From positions 15,536-79,535 of the forward strand of contig CAINLT010000006.1 of the NCBI GenBank assembly GCA_903850505.1: a stretch of 64,000 nucleotides of DNA, read 5' to 3'. A program made the position numbers and the translations under genes. The notes under the pieces were generated by a model. The model did not search any database, was not told the DNA's origin, and saw nothing but the letters and a program-made list of their open reading frames with translations. The DNA is from an uncultured Myxococcales bacterium (GTDB lineage: Bacteria; Myxococcota_A; UBA9042). Every line of letters starts with the position of its first letter. The first letter of the stretch is position 1. This document shows positions 42,449-51,210 of the stretch, piece after piece.

Positions 42449-45307
42449 ATGGCCCGCGCGCAGACAGACACGCTCATCAACCGGGACGGGATCGACAACG
42501 ACGTTGCCGAGCCGCGCCGCAACAAGAAGGCGGGCGAGCCGGCGACGGCCAAGCAGCACAATGTGCGCGGCGAAATCGTCGGCCTCGTGCTGCTGTTCTC
42601 CGGCCTGGCTTTTGCCGCCGCGCTCGTGACGTTTTCGCCGCGCGACCTGAAGATCCTGCAGGACGGCCGCCAGACTGCGGAAGCGGTGCACAACGCGATT
42701 GGCCCGGTGGGCGCGCGCATCGCCGACCTGATGCTGAACCTGTTTGGCCTCGGCGCGTTCGTGCTGGATGCCCTGCTGCTGGCGCTGGCTGGCCGCACGC
42801 TGATGGGCAAGATGGCGGCGCCCAAGCTGCGTCCCACTGCGGGCATCGTCGGCGCGACGCTCTCCGTGCTCATCTTGCTGTACATGTCGTCCAAGAGCGT
42901 CGGGCTGCGGCCGCTGGGCCACGATCCGGCGGGCTTCATTCCCGGCGCGATTGCCGTGGTCCTGTTGGCGCTGCTGTCGACGCTGGGCACAACACTCGTC
43001 GCCGTGTGGATGCTGGCGGCCTCGCTCGCGGCGCTGACGGGCAAGGCGCTGGTCGGTGACACGGTGCGCTGGTTCTCCGGCCGCGCGCAGCCGGTTGCCG
43101 TGACGCTCGGTGTGTCGAGTGCGCAGGCGGCGCGTCAGGGTCTGGGTACGCTGAGCGCAGTGCCCGCGTGGTTCGCCCGTCGCCGCGCTGAGAAAGCCAT
43201 GGCCGCGGAAACTGCAGCGGCGGATGAGACGGACGATCACGGCGCGGATGCGGCGGTGAGCGCCTTCTTTGGTGAAGTGGAAAGCGTCAAGGCAGCCGTG
43301 GCGGCGCCGTCGAAGGGTGCGGAAACGGCCGTCCGCATGGCCCCGCCGCTCTCGCCGAGCGAGCCGGCCGTCAAGGAAGAGCGGCGCTTTGAGAGCCTGG
43401 ATGTGCCGACGTCCGTGCGCCGCGCCCGCGAGGAAGCGAGCGTGCGCATTCGCTTGCCGGAGACGCCGGTTGTTGCCCATCGCGCGCTGACCGACGTGAC
43501 GCCGCAGGAACAGGTCGAGACGAGCCACGCCGATCTGGCGCGCATCGCCGCGGCGACCATGCCGACCGCCGCGCTGGCCACCGGTCCGATGCCGACCATC
43601 GAGATTGAAGATCTGCCGCTGGAAGCCATCAAGGCGACGCTGCCGGAGATCGCGGACGTGCCGCCGCCGGTGCCGGAAGCGCCGCTGGCCATCGCCGCTG
43701 CGCCTGTCCATCGCCTGACCCAGCCGGATCGCGGCCCGCGCATCATCGAGACGGAAGCGCTGCGGACCGATCGCCCGGCCGTCGCGGCGAGCTCGATCCA
43801 GGGCAACCTCGGCCTGTCGAAGACGTGGATTTGCCCGCCGGCGTCGCTGGTGCAGGAGCCGCCGGCGCGCGTCGTCAACATGGACGCGGCAATGCTGCGT
43901 GAGAACGCGCTGGTGCTGGAGCAGAAGCTCGGCGAGTTCAACATTCACGGCGAAGTGACCGATATCCGCCCGGGTCCGGTCGTCACGACGTATGAATACC
44001 GGCCGGCGCCGGGCATCAAGATCTCCAAGATCGTCAACCTGCGCGATGACTTGACGATGTCGCTGTCCGCGCTGCGCGTGCGCATCGTGGCGCCGATTCC
44101 CGGCCGCGACGTGGTCGGCATCGAAGTGCCGAACCAGAACCGCCAGATGGTCTATTTCCGCGAGATCATTGAAGCGCCGGTGTTCCGCGAGTCGACGAGC
44201 CCGCTGACGCTCATCCTCGGCAAGGACATTGAAGGCCGGCCGATTTGCACGGACCTCGCGCGCGCGCCGCACATGCTGGTGGCCGGCGCGACGGGCACGG
44301 GCAAGTCCGTGGGCATCAACACCTTCCTCTGCTCGATGCTCTACCGCTGCTCGCCCGACGACGTCAAGCTGATCCTGATCGACCCGAAGATCCTCGAACT
44401 GAGCGTCTATGAAGGCATTCCGCACCTGCTGCTGCCGGTGCTGGACGAGCCGCGCAAGGCCGAGTTGGCGCTGAAATGGGCCGTGGCGGAGATGGATCGC
44501 CGGTATCGCCTGCTGGCCGATGCGGAAGTGCGCAACCTCGCCGGTTACAAGGCGAAGCTGCCGGAGCTCCGCGCTGCGGCGCTGCGCAAGAAGCAGCTGG
44601 CGGAGCGCGTGGATGCCAACGGCGACATGAGCGAGGACGTCATCGATATCCCCGACGACATGCCGTACATCGTGGTGGTCATCGACGAATTCGCCGACCT
44701 CATCATGGCGGCGGGCAAGGAAGTGGAGATCCCGGTGGCGCGGCTGGCGCAGAAAGCGCGCGCGGCGGGCATCCACGTGATTCTGGCCACGCAGCGGCCG
44801 TCGGTCGACGTCATCACCGGCATGATCAAGGCCAACTTCCCGACGCGGCTGAGCTTCCAGGTCGCGTCGTCGATGGACTCCAAGGTCATCCTGGGCGCGG
44901 TTGGCGCGGAGACGCTGCTGGGCAAGGGCGACATGCTGTTTGTCCCGCCGGGCGAGGGCCACCTGCGCCGCTGCCACGGCACGTGGATCACCGACGACGA
45001 GGTTGTGGCCATCGCCAAGCACTGGCGGGATCAGGGCGCGCCGAAGTACGAGATGGACATCCTGCGCGACCCGGATGACCAGGCGCACAGCGCGTCGGAC
45101 ATGGACGACGCCGAGATGGACCCGCTGTATGACGACGCGATCCAGATTGTGCTGGAGAGCCAGCAGGCGTCGGTGAGTTTTCTGCAGCGCAAGCTGGGGA
45201 TTGGGTACGGGCGGTCGGCGCGGATCGTGGATACGATGGAGGCTCGGGGGATTGTGGGGCCGAGTCGGGGGCCGAATAAGCCTAGAGAGATTTTGATTCA
45301 GCATTAG
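42449..45307 (+). CDS. ftsK: DNA translocase FtsK
   Basis: N-terminal TM helices and a Pro/Ala-rich linker. HMLVAGATGTGKSVGIN is the Walker A, VVVIDEFADL the Walker B. The C-terminal gamma domain is LYDDAIQIVLESQQASVSFLQRKLGIGYGRSARIVDTMEARGIVGP. GGAGA lies 5 nt before ATG 42449. Confidence 0.95.
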   Translation: MARAQTDTLINRDGIDNDVAEPRRNKKAGEPATAKQHNVRGEIVGLVLLFSGLAFAAALVTFSPRDLKILQDGRQTAEAVHNAIGPVGARIADLMLNLFGLGAFVLDALLLALAGRTLMGKMAAPKLRPTAGIVGATLSVLILLYMSSKSVGLRPLGHDPAGFIPGAIAVVLLALLSTLGTTLVAVWMLAASLAALTGKALVGDTVRWFSGRAQPVAVTLGVSSAQAARQGLGTLSAVPAWFARRRAEKAMAAETAAADETDDHGADAAVSAFFGEVESVKAAVAAPSKGAETAVRMAPPLSPSEPAVKEERRFESLDVPTSVRRAREEASVRIRLPETPVVAHRALTDVTPQEQVETSHADLARIAAATMPTAALATGPMPTIEIEDLPLEAIKATLPEIADVPPPVPEAPLAIAAAPVHRLTQPDRGPRIIETEALRTDRPAVAASSIQGNLGLSKTWICPPASLVQEPPARVVNMDAAMLRENALVLEQKLGEFNIHGEVTDIRPGPVVTTYEYRPAPGIKISKIVNLRDDLTMSLSALRVRIVAPIPGRDVVGIEVPNQNRQMVYFREIIEAPVFRESTSPLTLILGKDIEGRPICTDLARAPHMLVAGATGTGKSVGINTFLCSMLYRCSPDDVKLILIDPKILELSVYEGIPHLLLPVLDEPRKAELALKWAVAEMDRRYRLLADAEVRNLAGYKAKLPELRAAALRKKQLAERVDANGDMSEDVIDIPDDMPYIVVVIDEFADLIMAAGKEVEIPVARLAQKARAAGIHVILATQRPSVDVITGMIKANFPTRLSFQVASSMDSKVILGAVGAETLLGKGDMLFVPPGEGHLRRCHGTWITDDEVVAIAKHWRDQGAPKYEMDILRDPDDQAHSASDMDDAEMDPLYDDAIQIVLESQQASVSFLQRKLGIGYGRSARIVDTMEARGIVGPSRGPNKPREILIQH

Positions 45308-45341
45308 TGGGGGGTGCGGCCGGCGCCGCAGGCGCGCCGGT

Positions 45342-45384
45342 GCGAGAGAAACCGCAGGTTTCTCTCGCGCTCTCTTCCTTTTGG
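45342..45384 (+). terminator. Rho-independent-type terminator after ftsK
   Basis: Perfect 12-bp stem: gcgagagaaacc (45342-45353), loop gcag, then ggtttctctcgc (45358-45369). It is followed by the T-rich gctctcttcctttt. Confidence 0.6.
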
Positions 45385-45830
45385 CTCGCTGCGCAGGTCG
45401 GGCTACGCCCTCCCCGTGCTCGCTCGACGAAGTGTTGGGTAGGAAGGTCGATGGGTGGCACGGCGATCTTGGCCGGCTGCGCAGGTCGGCGCACGCGCCT
45501 CCCCGTGCTCGCCTTGGATGGGGGCTTGGCGCTTCGCGCCTCGCTGGGGTGAAGGCGGGCTTGGCGCTTTGCGCCTCGCTGGAGGGAGCGGCGTGGGCTT
45601 GTTTGGCCCGACCGGTGTCTCAAACCCACTGGGAATACACCATAACCGGACGGGCCGGGTAGGGTCAGGCCTCCGGCCTGACCGGTTTTGACAACATAAC
45701 GACGCCGCTGGCCTGGCCGGTTGTGGTCGGCGGCCGATGGCATGTTTGGCCCGACCGCGGGTGACGCGCCGGTATTTCCAACCCGATGGAAACACGCAAT
45801 AACCGGACGGGCCGGAGGCCCGTCCCTACC
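45383..45830. repeat. Cluster of intergenic direct repeats and REP-like GC hairpins
   Basis: A ~42-bp repeat lies at 45383-45424 and 45471-45513 (ggcYSgctgcgcaggtcgg...cctccccgtgctcgc). A 26-bp repeat lies at 45522-45547 and 45557-45582. An ~85-bp unit starts gtttggcccgaccg (45601 and 45744) and contains ataaccggacgggccgg (45643 and 45799). There are 9-bp-stem hairpins at 45663-45683 and 45805-45825 whose sequences are near reverse complements of each other. Confidence 0.8.
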
Positions 45831-45844
45831 CGTGACGCAGCTAC

Positions 45845-46168
45845 CTACGCCTTCGCGTCCACATTGCTCCTGAACTGCACAATCTCCGGTGCGCGCGGGC
45901 CGAACGTCGCCTCGGCGAAGCGGATGAGCTTCTGCCGCTCCACCGCCGCCGCCTTCAGCTCCTTTTGCAGCGCCGCCGTCGCGGTCTTGAGCGCCGTGCG
46001 CGCCGCCTCCTGGTCTGCGTTGTATTTCTCAATCAGCGGCGAGCGCTTGGCCAGCGACTCGGCGATGGGGCCTGCCACCGGCGGCAGCTCTTTCAGGTGC
46101 GCCTTGGTCCCGGCGACGGCAAGGTTGTTGCGCAGAATTTGGCCGGCTGTGGATTGGGTTGCAGTCAT
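45845..46168 (-). CDS. Hypothetical small helical protein (107 aa)
   Basis: AAGGAG lies 7 nt upstream of ATG 46168 (MTATQSTAGQILRNN...). Coding-like third-position G/C. No family recognised. Confidence 0.6.
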   Translation of the reverse strand: MTATQSTAGQILRNNLAVAGTKAHLKELPPVAGPIAESLAKRSPLIEKYNADQEAARTALKTATAALQKELKAAAVERQKLIRFAEATFGPRAPEIVQFRSNVDAKA

Positions 46169-46290
46169 TTTCGTCTCCTTGGGTCGGTGAAGTGGGTGGA
46201 TTGGGCCAAAATGGACTGTGCGGAGGTAGATCAACGTTGTTGAGGTCCAGAACAGGGCTGAAAGTGATGGGGCGTTTCGCGCGGCAACGG

Positions 46291-46329
46291 ATGAATAGGG
46301 TGATTGGGTCCATGAATAGGGTGCTTGGG
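46291..46329. repeat. Two phased 18-mers (possible operator/iteron) upstream of the 45845..46168 gene
   Basis: atgaatagggtgattggg (46291-46308) and atgaatagggtgcttggg (46312-46329) share 17 of 18 positions and have start-to-start spacing of 21 bp. They lie within a G/T-skewed, apparently non-coding stretch. Confidence 0.55.
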
Positions 46330-47032
46330 CGGGTGAAGCGCGTTGCTGGCTGGTGCGGTACGGTTGTTGTCGGGGCCAAGCGGAGAGAGACGCGCGCGAC
46401 GGCTTGTGGGGTCACTGTACGGGAGCGCGGATTTGGCTGGCAAGAGGGTAGTTGTGGTTGGATGTCATGGGGTTGTCATGGATGATTGCACGCTGCTGCG
46501 TCCGACAGCCCGACGCTCTGGATACTCGTGGGTCGCGCCAATGTCAGACGGAGTCGAGTCACAACAGCCCCGTCGCCGGTACGAAGCGTTCATCCTTGCC
46601 GCAATGGTGCTGGACCATGATCGTCGAGTCGGTCTTCGTTGGGGTACAAATCGAGGGAGCGATCGTTCCCATAACCGACGAGCGGGATTTTTCCTTCGGC
46701 CGTCACCAAGGCTCCAGTCGCGGTCGGCGCGGCATCCGGTTGAGTGTTCGTAGCTGGCGCCTCGTCTCGGGCGGTCGGTATCGTTCGATCGATCGAAACC
46801 CTGCTGCAGCAACGAACGCGCATATCGGGCGGCAATTGAAGTTCGCCCGTGTACGGTGGACAGTTCAAGTCCATCTTGCCGGCGAAGACAGCTGTGCGCG
46901 CCGGGGTCAGTTGGGCTCGGAGATAGTAGACACCGCCAGCAAAGATCGCCGCATCGCACACGGTCCCGCGGCAAAATCCGCCGCGGCACGAATACCTCCT
47001 GCGCCATAGCCACACCTCGCGCCAGGAGTCCC

Positions 47033-47293
47033 ATGCCCGTCATCAGCCGCTTCTTCGGCATCGTCATCCGCATCCACTTCCGCGAACACGCGCCGCCGCA
47101 CTTCCATGCCCAATACGGCGACGAGGCGGCGAGCATTGCCATTGGCGATTTCGCAGTGCTCGAAGGGCGGCTGCACCCGCGCGTTCTGGGCCTTGTGATG
47201 GAATGGGCCGCCTTGCACAACGCCGAGCTTCTCGTAGACTGGCAGCGCGCGCTTGCAGGGCAACAGCCAAATCCAATCGCGCCACTGGACTGA
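47033..47293 (+). CDS. DUF4160 domain protein
   Basis: MPVISRFFGIVIRIHFREHAPPHFHAQYGDEAASI matches the DUF4160 signature (..F.GI.I.my..EH.PPHFHa.Y.e). AGGAG lies upstream of ATG 47033. Confidence 0.75.
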   Translation: MPVISRFFGIVIRIHFREHAPPHFHAQYGDEAASIAIGDFAVLEGRLHPRVLGLVMEWAALHNAELLVDWQRALAGQQPNPIAPLD

Positions 47294-47301
47294 GGTCGCC
47301 G

Positions 47302-47601
47302 ATGACCATGCACTTTGACCGCATCCCGATCCCGCGCGGGCTTTTCCGCGTCGTTGCCGTGCAAGCGGTCGGCCCAACGTCGCTGCGCGTCACCTTTGAC
47401 GACGGCGTCAGCGGCGAACTCGACATGGACACTTACCTGCAATGGGACGGCGTGTTCGCAGCGCTGAAGACCGATCCGCCCCTGTTCGCGCAGGTGTTTG
47501 CGGACCCGGAGTCGGGAACGGTTGCGTGGCCGGGCGATATCGACATCGACAGCGAGGCGCTCCACGCCAGAATCCTCTGGGATCGCGCGCACCACACCTG
47601 A
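47302..47601 (+). CDS. DUF2442 domain protein
   Basis: LRVTFDDGVSGELDM.........AL.....FAQV.....GTVAWPGDIDIDSEALH fits DUF2442. Lies 8 nt downstream of the DUF4160 gene, the usual pairing. Confidence 0.7.
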   Translation: MTMHFDRIPIPRGLFRVVAVQAVGPTSLRVTFDDGVSGELDMDTYLQWDGVFAALKTDPPLFAQVFADPESGTVAWPGDIDIDSEALHARILWDRAHHT

Positions 47602-47603
47602 TC

Positions 47604-48044
47604 CTACCGCACGTCCGCCTCAACCAACTGCGCCAGCAGCCCCAGCGACTGCTGCCAGCCCAGCTGGCAAAACTCCACCAGCATCTGCGCGGGCAGGTTC
47701 TCCTGGACAATCACCACTTCCGTGCCGCACAGGACCGGCCGCAGGGTGACGGTAACCGTCATTTCCGCGGGCATGTTGGGGTCGTCAAAGCGGTCGATGT
47801 AGCGGATGCGCTCGCTGGGCACCAGCTCCGTGAACGTGCCGCCAAAGCCGTGACTTTGGCCGGTGCCGAGATTGGTGAACGTCATGTGGTAGGTGCCGCC
47901 GACGCGGGCGTCCAGGTGCTGGACTTCGCCGACAAAGCCGTGTGGCGGCAACCACTTGCACTTGGCGCGCGGATCGAGGAAGGCGCGGTAGATGCGGTCA
48001 GCGGGGGCGCAAAGGATGCGGTGGAATTGGACGGCGTTGGACAT
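47604..48044 (-). CDS. SRPBCC / AHSA1-family (Activator of Hsp90 ATPase homolog 1-like) protein
   Basis: MSNAVQFHRILCAPADRIYRAFLDP....WLPP.GF.G.V...D.RVGG.Y...F....G..H.F.G.F.ELVP..RI.Y. 146 aa. The rest of track ORF 47604..49289 is shadow. Confidence 0.8.
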   Translation of the reverse strand: MSNAVQFHRILCAPADRIYRAFLDPRAKCKWLPPHGFVGEVQHLDARVGGTYHMTFTNLGTGQSHGFGGTFTELVPSERIRYIDRFDDPNMPAEMTVTVTLRPVLCGTEVVIVQENLPAQMLVEFCQLGWQQSLGLLAQLVEADVR

Positions 48045-48200
48045 GTTCGGAATCCTTGGAAATTGCGTTCGCGCCCGATGATGCCGCGCGTATTCGCATT
48101 CAGCAACACGCGCGCAATTCCCCACGGGGACTGGCAACAACGGCCGGATTGCGCCATCCTGTACGCCGTCCGCGGGCCCAGCCGCCCGCCCGAGGTCTCC

Positions 48201-49352
48201 ATGTTGCGCCGCCTCCTCGCCCTCCTCCCTTGCCTCGTCCTCGCCGTCGCGTGCGCCAAGACCACGACGCCCGGCCCGGTCGACAGCCTCTGCACCGACG
48301 GCACATTCCAGTGCTTTGGCAACGTCTCGGCGGCCTGCGCCGCGGACGGCAAGAGCTACAACGTCACGCAATGCGGCACCGACAAGTTCTGCAACGCCAC
48401 GACCGGCAAGTGCGAAGCGACCGTCTGCGAGAAAGGCAGCAGCAAGTGCGCGGGCAGCGACTCCAGCAACGTCTGCAACGCCGACGGCAGCGCGGTCACC
48501 GTCAAGACGTGCCTCGCCAGCGAGAAGTGCATGGCCGGCATCTGCGTTTCCAACAGCTGCGGCGGCACGCAGCAGAAGTGCGGCTGGAACGCGGTCCTCA
48601 CGTGCACGGCCAAGGCGTGGGGCTTGCAGAACTGCAAGGCTGACGAGATGTGCGACCCGGCGACCTTCGCGTGCAAGGCGCGGGCGTGCGACGGTTCCAC
48701 GACGCAGTGCTCCGACGACCAGGCGACCGTCGCGATTTGCAGCCCCACCGGCGACGCGTGGCAGACCCAGACGTGCAGCGCTGGCCAAGCCTGCTTTGAC
48801 GGCATTTGCCACGCGCTGGTCAACGGCACAACGGTCGAGGACACCGGCAGCGGCAACACGGACGGCGACGCGGTCAGCGGCAACGACGCCAAGGACGGCA
48901 AGACGCTCCTGGAACTGCCGCCCAAGGACATCCAGCTGGACGCGCCGGATCTGTTCCAATGCGTGATCAGCGAAGCCGCGACGGCGCCCGATGGCGCGAC
49001 GCCGATGGTCTTCTCCAACGCGAGCGCGGCGTGGCTGGACTCGCTCGGCACGCTGCAAATCACCGGCGCGGAAGGCACGCAGAAAGTCGAGATTCAGGTC
49101 GCCAAGATCACCGAATTCGCGACCGGCAGCTTCACGGCGGTCGGCGGCGAAGCGCCCGATTCGATCATCGGCTACAGCGACGGCACCGGCGCGCCCGGCA
49201 AGTTCCAATATCAGGCCGCGGACTACACGATTGCGATCGACGAGTTCGGCGACGTCGGCGGACGCATCAAGGGCTCCTTCTCTGGCCAATTGGCTGACGC
49301 CAACGGCAAAAAAGTCTGGCTGCTTGACGGCAAGTTCGACATCAAGCGGTGA
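48201..49352 (+). CDS. Cysteine-rich repeat lipoprotein
   Basis: MLRRLLALLPCLVLAVAC lipobox. About 5 tandem ~45-aa units with conserved Cys spacing (C..G...C.......C..DG.......C......C....G.C). The C-terminal domain is unknown. Confidence 0.75.
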   Translation: MLRRLLALLPCLVLAVACAKTTTPGPVDSLCTDGTFQCFGNVSAACAADGKSYNVTQCGTDKFCNATTGKCEATVCEKGSSKCAGSDSSNVCNADGSAVTVKTCLASEKCMAGICVSNSCGGTQQKCGWNAVLTCTAKAWGLQNCKADEMCDPATFACKARACDGSTTQCSDDQATVAICSPTGDAWQTQTCSAGQACFDGICHALVNGTTVEDTGSGNTDGDAVSGNDAKDGKTLLELPPKDIQLDAPDLFQCVISEAATAPDGATPMVFSNASAAWLDSLGTLQITGAEGTQKVEIQVAKITEFATGSFTAVGGEAPDSIIGYSDGTGAPGKFQYQAADYTIAIDEFGDVGGRIKGSFSGQLADANGKKVWLLDGKFDIKR

Positions 49353-50863
49353 TGATGGTGCACGAAAGTCCGGAACGTTTGCCTGAAGAGCTGTTCATCC
49401 AGTCCTCGCCCGAAGAGACACGCGTAGCCGTCAAGCAGGGCGAGCGCGTGCTGGAGATTCAGGTCGAGCGCACGTCAGGTCGCGGCTTGTCAGGCAACAT
49501 CTACCGCGGTCGCGTGGCGCGGGTCATTCCGTCCATGGACGCGGCGTTCGTCGAGATCGGTCTGGATCGCGCGGCGCTGTTGCACGCACCCGACGTGTGG
49601 CTGCCAGGCCTGAGCGCGCAGCACGAGGATGACGAGCAGCAACCGCGGGCGCCGATCGCGATTGGCCGGCTGCTGAGCCCGGGCCAGCAAATCCTGGTGC
49701 AAGTGGTGCGTGAGCCGGTGGGCAAGAAGGGGCCGCGGATCACGATGTTCGTGTCGCTACCGGGCCGCAACGCCGTGCTGCTGGCGCGCGATAGCCACGT
49801 TGGCGTGTCCAAGATGATCGCGGATCCGGCGGAGCGCGAACGCCTGCGGTCGCTGGTGGCGGGACATGTGCCTGCGGGCTGCGGCGCGATCGTGCGGACG
49901 GTCGGCGAAGGCGCGACGGAAGCCGAGATTGCCGACGACCTGCGCCTCCTGGCCGACCAGTGGAGCGACATCCAGGCGCGCTTTGATACCGCGTCAGGGC
50001 CGAGCTTTCTGTACGACGATCTGGATCTGACCCTGCGGGCGCTGCGCGACCAGGTTGGCACGCACACGCAGACGGTCTGGATCGACGACGCCAGCGACTA
50101 TGTGCGCGTCGAGCGGTTCGTCAAACGCTTCCACAAGGACAGCCAAGCGGCCGTGCGACTGTGGGATGGCCCAGGCGCGCTGTTTGACGCGCATGGCATC
50201 GACAAGTGGGTGCGCGAGGCAGTGGAGCCGCGCGTGTTCCTGCCGTCGGGTGGCGAGTTGGTGATTTCGCGCACGGAGGCGATGACGGTCGTCGATGTCA
50301 ACTCCGGTCGGCAGACCGGGTCGGAGTCGCTGGATGAGGCGCTGCTGGCGCTGAACCTGGAAGCGGCGCACGAGGTCGCGGCGCAACTGCGGCTGCGCAA
50401 CATCGGCGGCTTGGTCATCGTGGATTTTGTCGACATGCCCAACGCGGAGAACCGCCGGGCGCTGGAAGACGCGTTTGCCCATGCGCTGGCGCACGACCGG
50501 GCGCGCGTGCGGGTGGGTAAGCTCAGCGAATTTGGCACGATCCAGCTGACGCGCAAACGCGTGCGGGAGAGCCTGTACGAGCGGTTGACGGAGCCCTGCC
50601 CGACCTGCAAGAGCAAAGGCTACGTGCGATCGGCGAGCGATCTGGCCGTGGAAGTCGTGGGCCGACTGCGGCGCGCGGTGACGGCGGCGGAAGGACGTTC
50701 GAGCGTGTTTCGCATTCAGGTGCCGACGCGGGTGCACGCGATCCTGACGGAGACGCTGGCCGGCGCGCTCAAGGACCTGGAGAAGAGCCACGGCTGCAAG
50801 ATTGAGGTCGTCGCCAACGGCGGCACCGGCAACAGCGACGTGCGAATTGTCGGCGAGAGCTGA
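49352..50863 (+). CDS. rng: Ribonuclease G/E family endoribonuclease
   Basis: S1-domain motif GNIYRGRVARVIPSMDAAFVEIG. Catalytic-domain motifs VVDVNSG and GGLVIVDFVDM. C-terminal CPTCKSKGYV. The start overlaps the upstream stop (GTGATGATG). Confidence 0.9.
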   Translation: MMVHESPERLPEELFIQSSPEETRVAVKQGERVLEIQVERTSGRGLSGNIYRGRVARVIPSMDAAFVEIGLDRAALLHAPDVWLPGLSAQHEDDEQQPRAPIAIGRLLSPGQQILVQVVREPVGKKGPRITMFVSLPGRNAVLLARDSHVGVSKMIADPAERERLRSLVAGHVPAGCGAIVRTVGEGATEAEIADDLRLLADQWSDIQARFDTASGPSFLYDDLDLTLRALRDQVGTHTQTVWIDDASDYVRVERFVKRFHKDSQAAVRLWDGPGALFDAHGIDKWVREAVEPRVFLPSGGELVISRTEAMTVVDVNSGRQTGSESLDEALLALNLEAAHEVAAQLRLRNIGGLVIVDFVDMPNAENRRALEDAFAHALAHDRARVRVGKLSEFGTIQLTRKRVRESLYERLTEPCPTCKSKGYVRSASDLAVEVVGRLRRAVTAAEGRSSVFRIQVPTRVHAILTETLAGALKDLEKSHGCKIEVVANGGTGNSDVRIVGES

Positions 50864-51210
50864 AAAAATCAGGCAGGCGCCGCGGCAAAACCTGCGAACG
50901 CACGAATACCAAGTTGCGGGGCGAGCTGGGCCCCGGTTCATGCGCAACACCTCGGCGTACGCGGGGCGATGGCGTGGACACACAACTCGGCTGCCGGGCG
51001 GCTGCGGGACTACCCGCGAGCCAACAAGGCAGGGCGGCGCAGCGGAAACGCTGTGGGTCCGCGGGCAATGCGGGCGCGAAAGCGCCAACAGCGCCCAGGG
51101 TGGTGGTGTACCTGGCGGAAGCTGGGTGCACAGTGGGGGAGGCTTTTGCCAGGCCGTGTGGAGGCCCGGCGCGAAGGGCGAGCTGCGTCGAGTCGAGATC
51201 TGCCTCCCGG

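Noticed and set aside
46850-46880. tRNA-like T-arm (tggac-agttcaa-gtcca) in the gene-poor region. There is also ggttcaatcc near 28540.
   Set aside because: No acceptor, D or anticodon arms can be built around them, and the loop register does not match the canonical GTTCRANYC. No tRNA is supported.
46590-47015. 141-aa minus-strand ORF (...GKIPLVGYGNDRSLDLYPNEDRLDDHGPAPLRQG) in the gene-poor region.
   Set aside because: Parts look protein-like, but third-position G/C is low and uneven for this genome. There is no SD, no recognisable start context and no motif. It could be a decayed gene remnant, but that is not supportable.
48045-49289. N-terminal ~415 aa of track ORF 47604..49289(-).
   Set aside because: Only the last 146 aa (from ATG 48044) form a coherent SRPBCC/AHSA1 domain. 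The upstream part is Arg/Ala-rich shadow opposite the well-supported Cys-rich lipoprotein gene.
50864-51210. Possible RNase P RNA, 6S, SRP or tmRNA gene in the long rng-mpl spacer.
   Set aside because: I could not find the conserved cores on either strand, for example GAGGAAAGUCCGGGC of RNase P or the SRP GGAA/AGCA motifs. It is kept only as a low-interest finding.
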